NCBI GenBank assembly: GCA_018713725.1
Contig: DVOJ01000014.1
Location: forward strand, 39,839 to 63,838
Source: Candidatus Caccopulliclostridium gallistercoris
Lineage (GTDB): Bacteria > Bacillota > Clostridia > Christensenellales > UBA1242
Length of the DNA: 24,000 bases
Reading direction: 5' to 3'
A program made the translations under genes and the position numbers. The notes under the pieces are model-generated. The model had not been told where the DNA came from. It saw only the letters and a list, made by a program, of their open reading frames with translations, and did no database searches. Shown in pieces: positions 7,261-15,033 of this stretch (the first letter of the stretch is position 1; every line of letters begins with the position of its first letter).

Positions 7261-8412
7261 TTACCATTTTGATATAACTTTTTTAATGCTATCTTTATAA
7301 GATAACGCTTTTATATCTTCTTTTATAATTAAATTAATCTCTTCCTTAACCTGACCATCTTTTATAACTGTTAAAGTTCCTATTCTGTCACCAGCCTTAA
7401 TTGGAGCCGAAACATTTTCATCAATGTTTATTTCTGTTTTAAAAGCGTCGTCTTCCCCTTTCTTACAAAGTCCGTAATAAGATTTTTCCGCATAGTAGTC
7501 TGCTTCATTTATTTTTGCTTTCTTTACTTCAATTTTTCCTAATGGCATTTCACTTGAAACAATGTTTTTATTTTCAAAATTTGCAAAACCATAGTTGAAT
7601 AAACTTGCACTTTCGTTAAATCTGTCTTGCCCTGTTTTTGCGCCTATAACAACGCTTATAAGCCTCATATCTCCACGTTTTGCCGAAGCGCAAAGGCAGT
7701 ACCCAGCTTCGCTTGTAGAGCCCGTTTTTCCAGCGTCACAACCTTTATAATATCTTGTAAGTTTATTAGTGTTTACAAGTTCTGTTTTTCTACCCGATGG
7801 GTGCACAAGTTCGTCCATCCAAATAGTGCTATATTTAAAATAGATATCATGTTTTAAAAGTTCTTTCATTAAAGTTGACACGTCGCGCGCTGAAGAGTAT
7901 TGCTCTGGCTCAGGAAGTCCTGTACAGTTAGCATAAAGCGTATTCGTCATGCCAAGATTTTTAGCCCTTTCATTCATCTTTTTAACAAAGGTGTCTTCTG
8001 AACCTGAAATGTGTTCAGCTAATGCTACGCTGGCATCGTTAGCAGACGCCATAATAACGCTTTTAATCATTTGCTCCGCAGAATACGTAACATATGGGTC
8101 TATAAACACCTGCGAGCCACCCATACCTGATGCATTTTCCGTTGTAGTTATTTTTGTATCTAAGGCTAAATTACCCTTATCCATCTCTTCAAAAGTTAAA
8201 AGAAGAGTCATCATTTTAACCATACTAGCTATTGGAAGCTTTTCATCGGCGTTGTTTTCTTCTAAAACTTCGCCCGAAGAATAGTCGATAAGTATGCTAG
8301 ATTTTGCCGTAATAGGCTCGTCAGCATAAGCAAAATTAGCTTGCGTAATACCGCTTAATGGTATTATGCAAATGCATAGTACACAACATATTGTGATTAA
8401 TAACTTTTTCAC
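7261..8412 (-). CDS. D-alanyl-D-alanine carboxypeptidase (S11, PBP5-type; sporulation DacB/DacF-like)
   Basis: Motifs SMVKM (SxxK), SAND (SxN) and KTGST (KTG), plus a C-terminal PBP5 beta-sandwich region. I moved the start to GTG 8412, preceded by GAGGTG, which gives the classic signal peptide VKKLLITICCVLCICIIPLSGITQANFAYA. Confidence 0.85.
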   Translation of the reverse strand: MKKLLITICCVLCICIIPLSGITQANFAYADEPITAKSSILIDYSSGEVLEENNADEKLPIASMVKMMTLLLTFEEMDKGNLALDTKITTTENASGMGGSQVFIDPYVTYSAEQMIKSVIMASANDASVALAEHISGSEDTFVKKMNERAKNLGMTNTLYANCTGLPEPEQYSSARDVSTLMKELLKHDIYFKYSTIWMDELVHPSGRKTELVNTNKLTRYYKGCDAGKTGSTSEAGYCLCASAKRGDMRLISVVIGAKTGQDRFNESASLFNYGFANFENKNIVSSEMPLGKIEVKKAKINEADYYAEKSYYGLCKKGEDDAFKTEINIDENVSAPIKAGDRIGTLTVIKDGQVKEEINLIIKEDIKALSYKDSIKKVISKW

Positions 8413-8472
8413 TACCCACCTCGAATTTTTATTATTCAAGGTTAGTTTTTTACATTTTTTATATTTTATACA

Positions 8473-9258
8473 TCAAAAATTTATTCTCTTTAACATTTCT
8501 TCAAATAGTGTTTTAAGTTTAGCACTCATTAATTTACCATTTTTTAACACTTCTTCATGTGTAATAGGTTCTTCTCCAATATCCGCAGCTTTATTAGTAA
8601 CGCCAGCAACAAGAAAAACCTTCATATTTAAGCTATAAGCCTGTAAAACATCTAAAACAGGACTCATAGACACCGTATCCACCCCTATTGTTCTTAGCAT
8701 TTTAATTTCCGCAGGTGTTTCATAAGTTGGGCCAGTAAGCTGAGCATGCACGCCTTCTTTTAATTCTAAGTTATATTCTACACTTATCTTCTTTGCTATA
8801 TCTAAAATTTCTTTATCGTAAACGTCTTTTAAATCTATAAACCGAATAGGCTTTTCTGCAATAAGCGGATTTTGCCCTGTAAGATTTATATGGTCGTGAA
8901 TTAAAACTATATCCGTAGGTTTAAAACTTTTATTCACAGCACCGCTAGCCGTAGACATTAAAATTAGTTTTACGCCTAGTTTAGAGATAATTTTATATAG
9001 AAGCCTTATATTATCAAGGTTTCCACTTTCATAGTAATGTAGTCTATTAAAAACTAAAATCCTTTTATTATCAAAGTCCCCAAATAGAAACTTTCTAGAA
9101 TGCCCTTCAACATAGTTATACTTTATACCTAGGCTATTATAAGTAACTTCATGAACGTTACTAAGCTTTGGCAGAGCGTCGCCAAAACCAGAGCCTAAAA
9201 CAATAGCTATATCCGCTCTATCTTTAATTTTCTTAACAATTTTATCTACTCTATCCAT
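8473..9258 (-). CDS. punA: Purine nucleoside phosphorylase (PNP/MTAP trimeric family)
   Basis: Motifs: GSGFG, HSRKF-type phosphate site, STASGAVN, and LTGPTYETPAEIKMLRTIGVDTVSMS, which is the PunA-type signature. I chose the start at ATG 9258 because GTG 9276 lies inside the predicted promoter. Confidence 0.85.
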   Translation of the reverse strand: MDRVDKIVKKIKDRADIAIVLGSGFGDALPKLSNVHEVTYNSLGIKYNYVEGHSRKFLFGDFDNKRILVFNRLHYYESGNLDNIRLLYKIISKLGVKLILMSTASGAVNKSFKPTDIVLIHDHINLTGQNPLIAEKPIRFIDLKDVYDKEILDIAKKISVEYNLELKEGVHAQLTGPTYETPAEIKMLRTIGVDTVSMSPVLDVLQAYSLNMKVFLVAGVTNKAADIGEEPITHEEVLKNGKLMSAKLKTLFEEMLKRINF

Positions 9259-9264
9259 AACTAA

Positions 9265-9292
9265 TTTATACCACACTTTTTATTTTTAGCAA
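9265..9292 (-). promoter_or_regulatory. Sigma-A-type extended -10 promoter for punA; predicts a leaderless mRNA
   Basis: On the minus strand: TTGCTA (9292..9287), 16 nt, TGgTATAAA (-10 at 9270..9265), then 6 nt (ttagtt) before ATG at 9258. No Shine-Dalgarno. Confidence 0.55.
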
Positions 9293-9354
9293 AACAGTTT
9301 AAAGCATTATTTTTATATAGTTCTTTTTATTAAAGTTGTCGAATAAACTAAAAT

Positions 9355-9972
9355 GTGCAAGCTTATAGTCGAATAAATAGAATTTCAAATATTAAATATG
9401 GCATAACTGGCTTTTTCAGACAAAACAAAATTAAAATTTTTGTTTTAATTTTTTTAGCTGTTCTTGGCATACTTACAGGCGTTTTTACTGCTTTAAAAAG
9501 TGGTATTAGCGTATATAATTCTCAGGACTATAATTTATTTGTGTTTACTAATGGAAACCTATTTAGCTTTGATATATTTTTCTCGCGAATGCTTTCGCAT
9601 ATCACTGTTATAGCAGTAATTAGCTTAGGTTCTTTAACTATTTTCTTGCTACCATTCTCTTACTTAATTTACATTTATAGAGCGTATTTAATTGGCTTTA
9701 ACTGTACACTTTTAATAGTTCTATTCGGATTTTCAGGAATTTTTACAAGCATAGTTATCATAATTCCTTGCCAAATTGCAGTAACCTTTGTGTTTATTGT
9801 TTACTTCTGTATAATGATAAACAGAGCCATAGAAAAAAGGCGTTTCGGATATTGCGAAAAGCCTAAATTCTTAAAAGTTTTTTTAATTGCACTGCTTATT
9901 TTAACTTTATTAAACGTTATAGAAACATTACTACTAATTTGTTTAAACGGAAACACAATTTTAGTTATTTAA
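9355..9972 (+). CDS. spoIIM: Stage II sporulation protein M-like membrane protein (SpoIIM/DUF95 family)
   Basis: 205-aa polytopic membrane protein of the right size and topology. It sits in a sporulation-gene neighbourhood next to spoIVB. The GTG start is uncertain, and I assigned the family by pattern and context only. Confidence 0.55.
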   Translation: MQAYSRINRISNIKYGITGFFRQNKIKIFVLIFLAVLGILTGVFTALKSGISVYNSQDYNLFVFTNGNLFSFDIFFSRMLSHITVIAVISLGSLTIFLLPFSYLIYIYRAYLIGFNCTLLIVLFGFSGIFTSIVIIIPCQIAVTFVFIVYFCIMINRAIEKRRFGYCEKPKFLKVFLIALLILTLLNVIETLLLICLNGNTILVI

Positions 9973-11189
9973 GCGTTTTCTAACATCCAATCTACGTAAA
10001 CGCCATAGCCTTTTGTTGGGTCGGATAAGAATACGTGTGTTACAGCCCCTACCAGTTTGCCATCTTGAAGTATTGGGCTACCACTCATACCCTGCACTAT
10101 ACCACCTGTGAGCGCTAGAAGCCTTGAATCCGTAACACGAATTACCATGCTTTTATCGCTAGATTTTGGTTGATAAGAAGCCTTTATAATTTCTATATCA
10201 TATTCTTCCCTAACGCCGCTTATAGAGCTAACAAGCTTTGCTTTGCCAGGTCTTACACACATTCTACTACCTATATCTACTGAAAGATTGTTGTCTATAA
10301 GACTATCTAGTTTAATGGCATCTCCATAAACGCCGTAAGCGCAATTTGTATCCACAGTACCCTTGTAGTTATCGCTCTGCATAAATAGACATTTTAATTC
10401 GCCAGGCTTTCCCCTTTCGCCTTTCGTAATTCCTATTAAACTACATTTATAAATTTTCCCTTCTAAAACCGGAACTTCTACGCCAGTTTCGTAATCTGTA
10501 ATTGGGTGGCCAAGCGCACCAAACCTATTATTTTCAGAGTTAACAAAGGTAAGCGTTCCAACGCCCGAAGCATCGTCTCGAACCCAAAGTCCCAGTTTAT
10601 ACACATCGGCAGAAACGTCTAGTTCTGGAATAACTTCTATTTCCATTTCTTTATCGTCTCTAATTATAGTTAAAATTGTTCTCTCGCCGCTACTCCCTTC
10701 TAAAAGTACTGGTATTTCATCAACGTCTTCAATTATAGTTCCATTTATTTTGTAGAGTATATCCCCAGACTTTATAGGTTTATTTTTTATTGTTATTTTA
10801 GAGCCGTCTTCTGTTTGAACGGAATTTTCTCCAACAACAATCACGCCCTTTGTTTTTAAAGAAAAACCTAGCGGTATACCGCCCACGTAAACCTTAGGGC
10901 TATCCGTTATTTCCACGTCTACGGATTTTATAGGTATAATACCAAAAAGCTTAAAAGAAAGTTTTGTTTTAGTTTGTTTTTCTCCGCCTACGCTCACGTT
11001 TTCACTAGTAACCCCCGCAGACACAAAATTGCCAAATATATTTTGGCTATTTATATCTTCTATGTCTTCATAAGTTACTATGGCTTCATCTGGCAAGGAA
11101 TACAAACTTACAACTTGCACATTTAGAGCAATAACAACAAATAATATTGCAAACATAACACCTACAAACTTTACAAAAAACTTTCTCAT
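9969..11189 (-). CDS. spoIVB: SpoIVB signalling serine peptidase (S55)
   Basis: N-terminal signal anchor (MRKFFVKFVGVMFAILFVV), a PDZ domain (GDILYKINGTII), a catalytic His in FGALGHPI and a catalytic Ser in GMSGSPIL. I chose the start at ATG 11189 because the longer ORF would run through the recN terminator and the recN 3' end. Confidence 0.9.
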   Translation of the reverse strand: MRKFFVKFVGVMFAILFVVIALNVQVVSLYSLPDEAIVTYEDIEDINSQNIFGNFVSAGVTSENVSVGGEKQTKTKLSFKLFGIIPIKSVDVEITDSPKVYVGGIPLGFSLKTKGVIVVGENSVQTEDGSKITIKNKPIKSGDILYKINGTIIEDVDEIPVLLEGSSGERTILTIIRDDKEMEIEVIPELDVSADVYKLGLWVRDDASGVGTLTFVNSENNRFGALGHPITDYETGVEVPVLEGKIYKCSLIGITKGERGKPGELKCLFMQSDNYKGTVDTNCAYGVYGDAIKLDSLIDNNLSVDIGSRMCVRPGKAKLVSSISGVREEYDIEIIKASYQPKSSDKSMVIRVTDSRLLALTGGIVQGMSGSPILQDGKLVGAVTHVFLSDPTKGYGVYVDWMLENA

Positions 11190-11221
11190 AGCACTATATT
11201 TTGCAGATTTAAAAATAATAT

Positions 11222-11258
11222 TACAAAAAATAAAAAATCCATGTTCTTCACATGGATT
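11222..11258 (-). terminator. Intrinsic terminator of recN
   Basis: The minus-strand hairpin AATCCATG-tgaagaa-CATGGATT is followed by TTTTTATTTTTT. Its 5' arm overlaps the recN stop codon. Confidence 0.8.
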
Positions 11259-12954
11259 AAGAAATCTTCTTTTTAAATTCTTCACTATTCTGTTTCAGCT
11301 CTCTAGCGTGCGCTATAGAAGTTTCCGTATTTATAGCACCACCTGTAAGCTGCGCTATTTGTTCTATAATTCTATCTCCGCTAAGCTTTTCAACCGACGT
11401 TTGAGTAGAATTGTTTAAAGTGTTTTTGGTAACATAAATATAACTATCCGCCATAGATGCAACTTGTGGTAAATGTGTTATGCATAGCACTTGGAAGTTT
11501 TTAGAAAGTTTTGCAAGTTTTTCAGCTACTGCATTTCCTATAAGTCCGCTAATTCCTGCATCAACTTCATCGAACACAAGTGTACCAACGCCGTCTTTAT
11601 CAGCTAAAATATTCTTCATTGCAAGCATGAATCTGCTCATTTCTCCGCCGGATATAGTTTTTGAAAGCGGCTTTAAATCTTCTCCTAAATTTGCCGAGAA
11701 TAAAAATTCTACGTTATCAAAGCCCTGCTTTGTAATATCATTCGTATAACTATTAGGCATAATATTAAAGCCAACTTTAAACCTAGCATTTTTCATGCCT
11801 AGTTCGGCAAGTTCCTTGCAAATTTTATCTTCCACTTCAAGGCTTAACTCTCGCCTTTTATTTGATAGGCTTTTGCTTAAATTATAAGCCGTTTGCTCTA
11901 ACTTCTCTTCTTTAAGCGAAAGTTCTTTCAGCTTAGCTTCAGCGTTTTCTAAATTATCTAAGTCGAGTTTAGACTTTTGTAGAAATTTAAATACATCGTC
12001 AAGCGTAGGTCCGTATTTTCTTTTTAAAGATTTTATATGGTCTAAACGTGCGTCCACTTCATTCATTTTTGCTTCATCAAAAACTAAATCGTTAGAAAGC
12101 TTTTTAACTTCTTCTAAAACGTCGTCAAGCTCGTACATAGAACTAGTTAGTCTTTCTATAAGCTCTGGAAATTTATCATTGTATTGAACTATATTTTGTA
12201 AATCGTGAATACCTGCTTTAACATTAGCTAAAACGCCGCTCGAGTCGTCAAAAGCATAAATAAAATTGCTTAAATTTTCAGAAATTCTTTCCGAGCTAGC
12301 GTAAATTTTAAGTTCGTTTTCTAAAAGTTCGTCTTCATTTTCTTTTAGCTTTGCGTTTTCTATTTCAGAAATTTGATAGGATAGCAAGTCTATCATTCTT
12401 TCCCTATTTTCAAAATTTCCGCCAATTAAATTCTTTTCTTCTTGAATTTCTTTTAATTTGTTTAATGTTTCAGCAAGTGCCTTTTTATCTTCAAGAAAAA
12501 TTTCTGGCTTATAGCTTTCAAGCAAAGCTAAATGATTTTTTGCACGAAGCAATACCTGATTTTCATGCTGCCCATAGAAATCTACAAGTGTAGAAGAAAT
12601 TTGTTTAAGCATGTTAAGCGGATATTGTAAACCGTTTATTCTACACTCAGATTTCCCATCTAAGTTAAACGACCTAGTAAATAACAGTATTCCTTCGTCA
12701 TCTATTCCAAGTTCAGTTAAAATATCCGAAGTCTGCTTGCCGTAATCAACAAAAGACGCTTCCACCTTCATTGTATCTTCGCCCGTTCTTATCATAGATT
12801 TAGAAGGTTTATCGCCTAAAACAAAATTTATTGAATCTATTATTATACTTTTGCCCGCGCCAGTTTCTCCAAGCAAAACGTTAAAGCCCTGAGTAAAATC
12901 AAGGCTTATGTCTTTAATTAATGCTACGTTTTTTATCTTTAAAGTTTGAATCAT
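11257..12954 (-). CDS. recN: DNA repair protein RecN (SMC-like ATPase)
   Basis: 565 aa with N-terminal Walker A GETGAGKS, a long central coiled coil, a C-terminal ABC signature (ISGGEMSR) and Walker B (LVFDEVD). Confidence 0.95.
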   Translation of the reverse strand: MIQTLKIKNVALIKDISLDFTQGFNVLLGETGAGKSIIIDSINFVLGDKPSKSMIRTGEDTMKVEASFVDYGKQTSDILTELGIDDEGILLFTRSFNLDGKSECRINGLQYPLNMLKQISSTLVDFYGQHENQVLLRAKNHLALLESYKPEIFLEDKKALAETLNKLKEIQEEKNLIGGNFENRERMIDLLSYQISEIENAKLKENEDELLENELKIYASSERISENLSNFIYAFDDSSGVLANVKAGIHDLQNIVQYNDKFPELIERLTSSMYELDDVLEEVKKLSNDLVFDEAKMNEVDARLDHIKSLKRKYGPTLDDVFKFLQKSKLDLDNLENAEAKLKELSLKEEKLEQTAYNLSKSLSNKRRELSLEVEDKICKELAELGMKNARFKVGFNIMPNSYTNDITKQGFDNVEFLFSANLGEDLKPLSKTISGGEMSRFMLAMKNILADKDGVGTLVFDEVDAGISGLIGNAVAEKLAKLSKNFQVLCITHLPQVASMADSYIYVTKNTLNNSTQTSVEKLSGDRIIEQIAQLTGGAINTETSIAHARELKQNSEEFKKKIS

Positions 12955-12955
12955 A

Positions 12956-13411
12956 TTACACCGATAATTTTAAAAGTGTTTCAGTTGCATTTTGAGCCAT
13001 TCTAAAATCTGGAAGAATTACCATAACGGTATCGTCGCCAGAAACGGAGCCCATAACGCCGTCTAAATTCAATTTATCTATAAGCCCACATATTGCCCCA
13101 GCCATACCTTTTATTGTTTTTATAACAGATAGGTTCTGAGCAGTTTTAATGGAAATAACAGCTTCTTTAAAAACGTTTATGTATTTATTTGAAACAGCTT
13201 GCTCGCCATTGTCTACAATTGAGTATTTATATTTGCCAGTTTCCGCACTCAAAATTTTAATTAAACCAAGCTCTTTTATATCTCTTGAAATAGTTGCTTG
13301 AGTTATATCAAAGTTGGCAGCCCTTAGGGCAGCCACAAGTTCGTCTTGCGTTTCTATCTCTTTTGTAGATATAAGTTCAAGAATTTTAGATTGTCTAGCA
13401 GAACGTGCCAT
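12956..13411 (-). CDS. argR: Arginine repressor ArgR/AhrC
   Basis: 151 aa. The N-terminal winged helix (RQSKILELI...TQDELV..L...G..ITQATISRDIKEL) and the C-terminal oligomerisation/arginine-binding domain (GDDT motif: SVSGDDTVMVI) are both present. The stop is 1 nt from the recN ATG. Confidence 0.9.
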   Translation of the reverse strand: MARSARQSKILELISTKEIETQDELVAALRAANFDITQATISRDIKELGLIKILSAETGKYKYSIVDNGEQAVSNKYINVFKEAVISIKTAQNLSVIKTIKGMAGAICGLIDKLNLDGVMGSVSGDDTVMVILPDFRMAQNATETLLKLSV

Positions 13412-13466
13412 ATAAGCTCCTTACCTCCCTAAACTCCTTTATTTATGCGGATTCTAGCAGTTTTTG

Positions 13467-13484
13467 CATAAATATAAATTCATA
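13467..13484 (-). promoter_or_regulatory. ARG-box-like operator in the argR leader
   Basis: The minus strand reads TATGAAT-TTAT-ATTTATG. This has one mismatch to the core TGAAT-W4-ATTCA of the 18-bp ARG box. Confidence 0.45.
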
Positions 13485-13516
13485 TTTATACAACCCTTTT
13501 CTTGCTTAGTGTGATT

Positions 13517-13545
13517 ATTATACATTAAAATTTATAATTATGCAA
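13517..13545 (-). promoter_or_regulatory. Sigma-A-type promoter for argR-recN
   Basis: On the minus strand: TTGCAT (13545..13540), 17 nt, TATAAT (13522..13517). This gives a leader of about 100 nt ending in GGAGGTAAGGAG before ATG 13411. Confidence 0.6.
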
Positions 13546-13551
13546 GCGATT

Positions 13552-13569
13552 TTTGCATAAATATTCACA
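13552..13569 (-). promoter_or_regulatory. ARG-box-like operator just upstream of the argR -35
   Basis: The minus strand reads TGTGAAT-ATTT-ATGCAAA, with one mismatch to TGAAT-W4-ATTCA. It shares the direct repeat ATTTATGCAAAAA with the box at 13467..13484. Confidence 0.45.
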
Positions 13570-13592
13570 CATTTTTTTATAAAAATTTAGCT

Positions 13593-13610
13593 TTTGAATG
13601 CGTATTCAAA
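13593..13610. promoter_or_regulatory. Palindromic ARG box
   Basis: TTTGAAT-GCGT-ATTCAAA has perfect TGAAT/ATTCA arms. It is embedded in the 22-nt near-perfect palindrome CTTTTGAATGCGTATTCAAAAG (13591..13612). Confidence 0.55.
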
Positions 13611-13645
13611 AGGAATTTATAAAAATACACCGTTATGCAAAGGAC

Positions 13646-13674
13646 TTATAAAAAATTACAGGCCTTTAAGCCTG
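13646..13674 (-). terminator. Weak intrinsic terminator after the oapA-like gene
   Basis: The minus-strand hairpin CAGGC-uuaaag-GCCUG (13674..13659) is followed by TAATTTTTTAT. The stem is only 5 bp, so confidence is modest. Confidence 0.45.
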
Positions 13675-13692
13675 CAACCTTTTTATTTTTAT

Positions 13693-14397
13693 TTAGTTCT
13701 TTTCTTCACTATTAACGTTATTCTCTACTTTCTCTTTCTCGTCTTTTACTTCTGTCTTTTTTGTTTGCTTACCCTTCTTCTTATCTTTCTTATTTCTTGT
13801 AAATATGCTTAAACACTTACCTAATGTTAAAATTACCTTATTGCAATTTTCCATAGAGTAACGTTTAAAAATTGCCTTACCAAAAATTGTAAGACCTGCT
13901 ATAACCGCCGACACAACGGAAGCCATAACTATTTCAAAGGCATCAGTTGAAGCATCAGTTACAATATGATACAAAATTGAAGACCCGCCTGCACCGGCAA
14001 GGATTCCACAAACGTCTCCTAAAACGTCAGCACAAAGTGAAGCTACCCTGTCCGCATTTTTAACTAAAAACAAAGCTTCCTTTGCTCCCCTAACTTTTCT
14101 AGAAGCCATAGCTTTAAAAGGCTCTTCCGTGCAAGACGCCACAGCAACACCTATCATGTCTGTAATTACACTTATAGATATAAACACAAGCACTACGATT
14201 ATAGATATTACTATGCCGGCACTACTCATGGCAAGTTCGCTTAATATGCTAAAACTTAATGACAAAGCTAATGCCAGAAAGAAAATTTTAATCGGCCAAA
14301 TATACCAAGGTTGTTCTTTAGTTTGGGTTTTAACTTTCTTTTTAACCTTGTTAGAATCTCCCTTCTCTTCCTGCTTAGTTTCTTCGTTATTTTTCAT
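13693..14397 (-). CDS. oapA: Four-TM membrane protein immediately downstream of the large ncRNA; probable OLE-associated protein A (OapA)
   Basis: 234 aa with four hydrophobic helices: WYIWPIKIFFLALALSLSFSIL, GIVISIIVVLVFISISVITDMIGVAVA, VASLCADVLGDVCGILAGAGG and EIVMASVVSAVIAGLTIFG. They are flanked by Lys/Glu-rich N- and C-terminal tails. The position directly 3' of the OLE-like RNA matches the published OLE-oapA arrangement. I made the assignment from context and topology, not from alignment. Confidence 0.65.
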   Translation of the reverse strand: MKNNEETKQEEKGDSNKVKKKVKTQTKEQPWYIWPIKIFFLALALSLSFSILSELAMSSAGIVISIIVVLVFISISVITDMIGVAVASCTEEPFKAMASRKVRGAKEALFLVKNADRVASLCADVLGDVCGILAGAGGSSILYHIVTDASTDAFEIVMASVVSAVIAGLTIFGKAIFKRYSMENCNKVILTLGKCLSIFTRNKKDKKKGKQTKKTEVKDEKEKVENNVNSEEKN

Positions 14398-14459
14398 AAT
14401 ACTATTTTATGTTTTTACTTTTTTATATATTAAACCTTTTAAGATTATTTTTAAAGTAG

Positions 14460-15027
14460 GCGAAGGCATTATATTAGGTAAACCTTGCGACATAGGTTCG
14501 GTTGGATTTCCCAAACTTCAAAACCTGGCGTTACCACCATGGAAGTTTCCTATTACTTGAAGCCTTTCACCGAATCGCCACTAAGCTCACACTATAATCC
14601 CCAATATAACTGCGGACTCTTCCGCAATAGCCTAGAAGCTTTCCTTAACAGCTAGCTTTGCTCTTAGCTTAGTTTTGCAACACAAATTTCATTAGCTTAC
14701 TAAAACGCGTCTGGCCAAAAACGCTTAATTTTAGCTTTTTATCAAATCCCAAGTATGCCACTCAAAGCAGGCTACACTGCACACAACTTTTGCGTCGCCT
14801 TGCAGGTTTCTCTCCTAAGAAGTGGAAAAATTCCACCTAGTTAGGTCTCCGCGATAATTGGAACGGATATTGTATGCCATTACAATGCGTCCAAAAATCT
14901 TAACTTCCAGCATCAGTCCCAATTTGGGCAACCAAAACTGACACCAGAAACTTCATAGTTATGCCCTTTGGTGCCTATTTCATCACCTTCTAAACAAAGT
15001 TCGCTGACTAGAATACTACGCCTTCGC
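14460..15027 (-). ncRNA. Large structured ncRNA of about 568 nt, probable OLE (ornate, large, extremophilic) RNA
   Basis: This is the only long stretch with no credible ORF on either strand. By hand count, 14761..14820 has 30/60 G+C, against 16/60 for 15061..15120 in xseB. It has its own promoter. A 10-bp terminal helix pairs GCGAAGGCGU (15027..15018) with AUGCCUUCGC (14469..14460). Internal hairpins: a long irregular one at 14894..14858; CCUAA/UUAGG with GUGG/CCAC at 14845..14814; UGCGGA-AGAG-UCCGCA at 14626..14611; a GNRA hairpin GGUG-GUAA-CGCC at 14538..14527; CUUCAA (14562..14557) pairing with UUGAAG (14521..14516); and a long-range 8-bp helix between 14673..14666 and 14587..14580. The position (xseA-xseB upstream, a 4-TM protein gene and argR-recN downstream) is that reported for OLE RNA. 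Confidence 0.7.
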
Positions 15028-15033
15028 AAGTAT

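Noticed and set aside
11190-11285. Longer SpoIVB N-terminus starting at 11285
   Set aside because: The extension would overlap the recN stop and read through the recN terminator hairpin. MRKFFVKF... at 11189 gives a normal signal anchor. I could not identify a convincing sigma-F/G or sigma-A promoter for spoIVB. CAAAATA lies 7 nt before the ATG but is only weakly consensus-like, so no promoter feature is reported.
13591-13612. Reading the 22-nt palindrome CTTTTGAATGCGTATTCAAAAG as a LexA box or as a transcription terminator
   Set aside because: The arms are GAAT/ATTC, not the GAAC/GTTC needed for LexA. As an RNA hairpin it would be AU-rich with a 2-4 nt loop and no proper U-tract in the relevant orientation. 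It matches the ARG-box consensus exactly and sits upstream of argR.
13594-13812. 72-aa plus-strand ORF spanning the ARG-box region and the oapA 3' end
   Set aside because: It starts inside the palindromic operator and is antisense to the lysine-rich tail of oapA, hence the Phe/Leu runs. It has no Shine-Dalgarno.
14129-14560. 143-aa plus-strand ORF spanning the oapA 5' end and the RNA 3' domain
   Set aside because: It is antisense to a well-supported membrane-protein gene and to the structured RNA. It has no promoter or Shine-Dalgarno, and its composition is that of a shadow ORF.
14460-15027. Alternative identities for the large RNA: RNase P RNA, tmRNA, SRP/4.5S, 6S, or a very long 5' UTR/riboswitch for the downstream membrane-protein gene
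   Set aside because: - The size of about 568 nt is too large for Firmicute RNase P (about 400 nt), tmRNA, 6S or SRP RNA.
- GGAAGAGUCC at 14623..14614 superficially recalls the RNase P GAGGAAAGUCC box. It is simply a closed 6-bp hairpin, and the other universal RNase P elements (for example ACAGAA...GGCUUA) are absent.
- I saw no tRNA-like end and no tag-peptide ORF that would indicate tmRNA.
- No known riboswitch approaches this size.
- The xseB/oapA/argR-recN context fits OLE.
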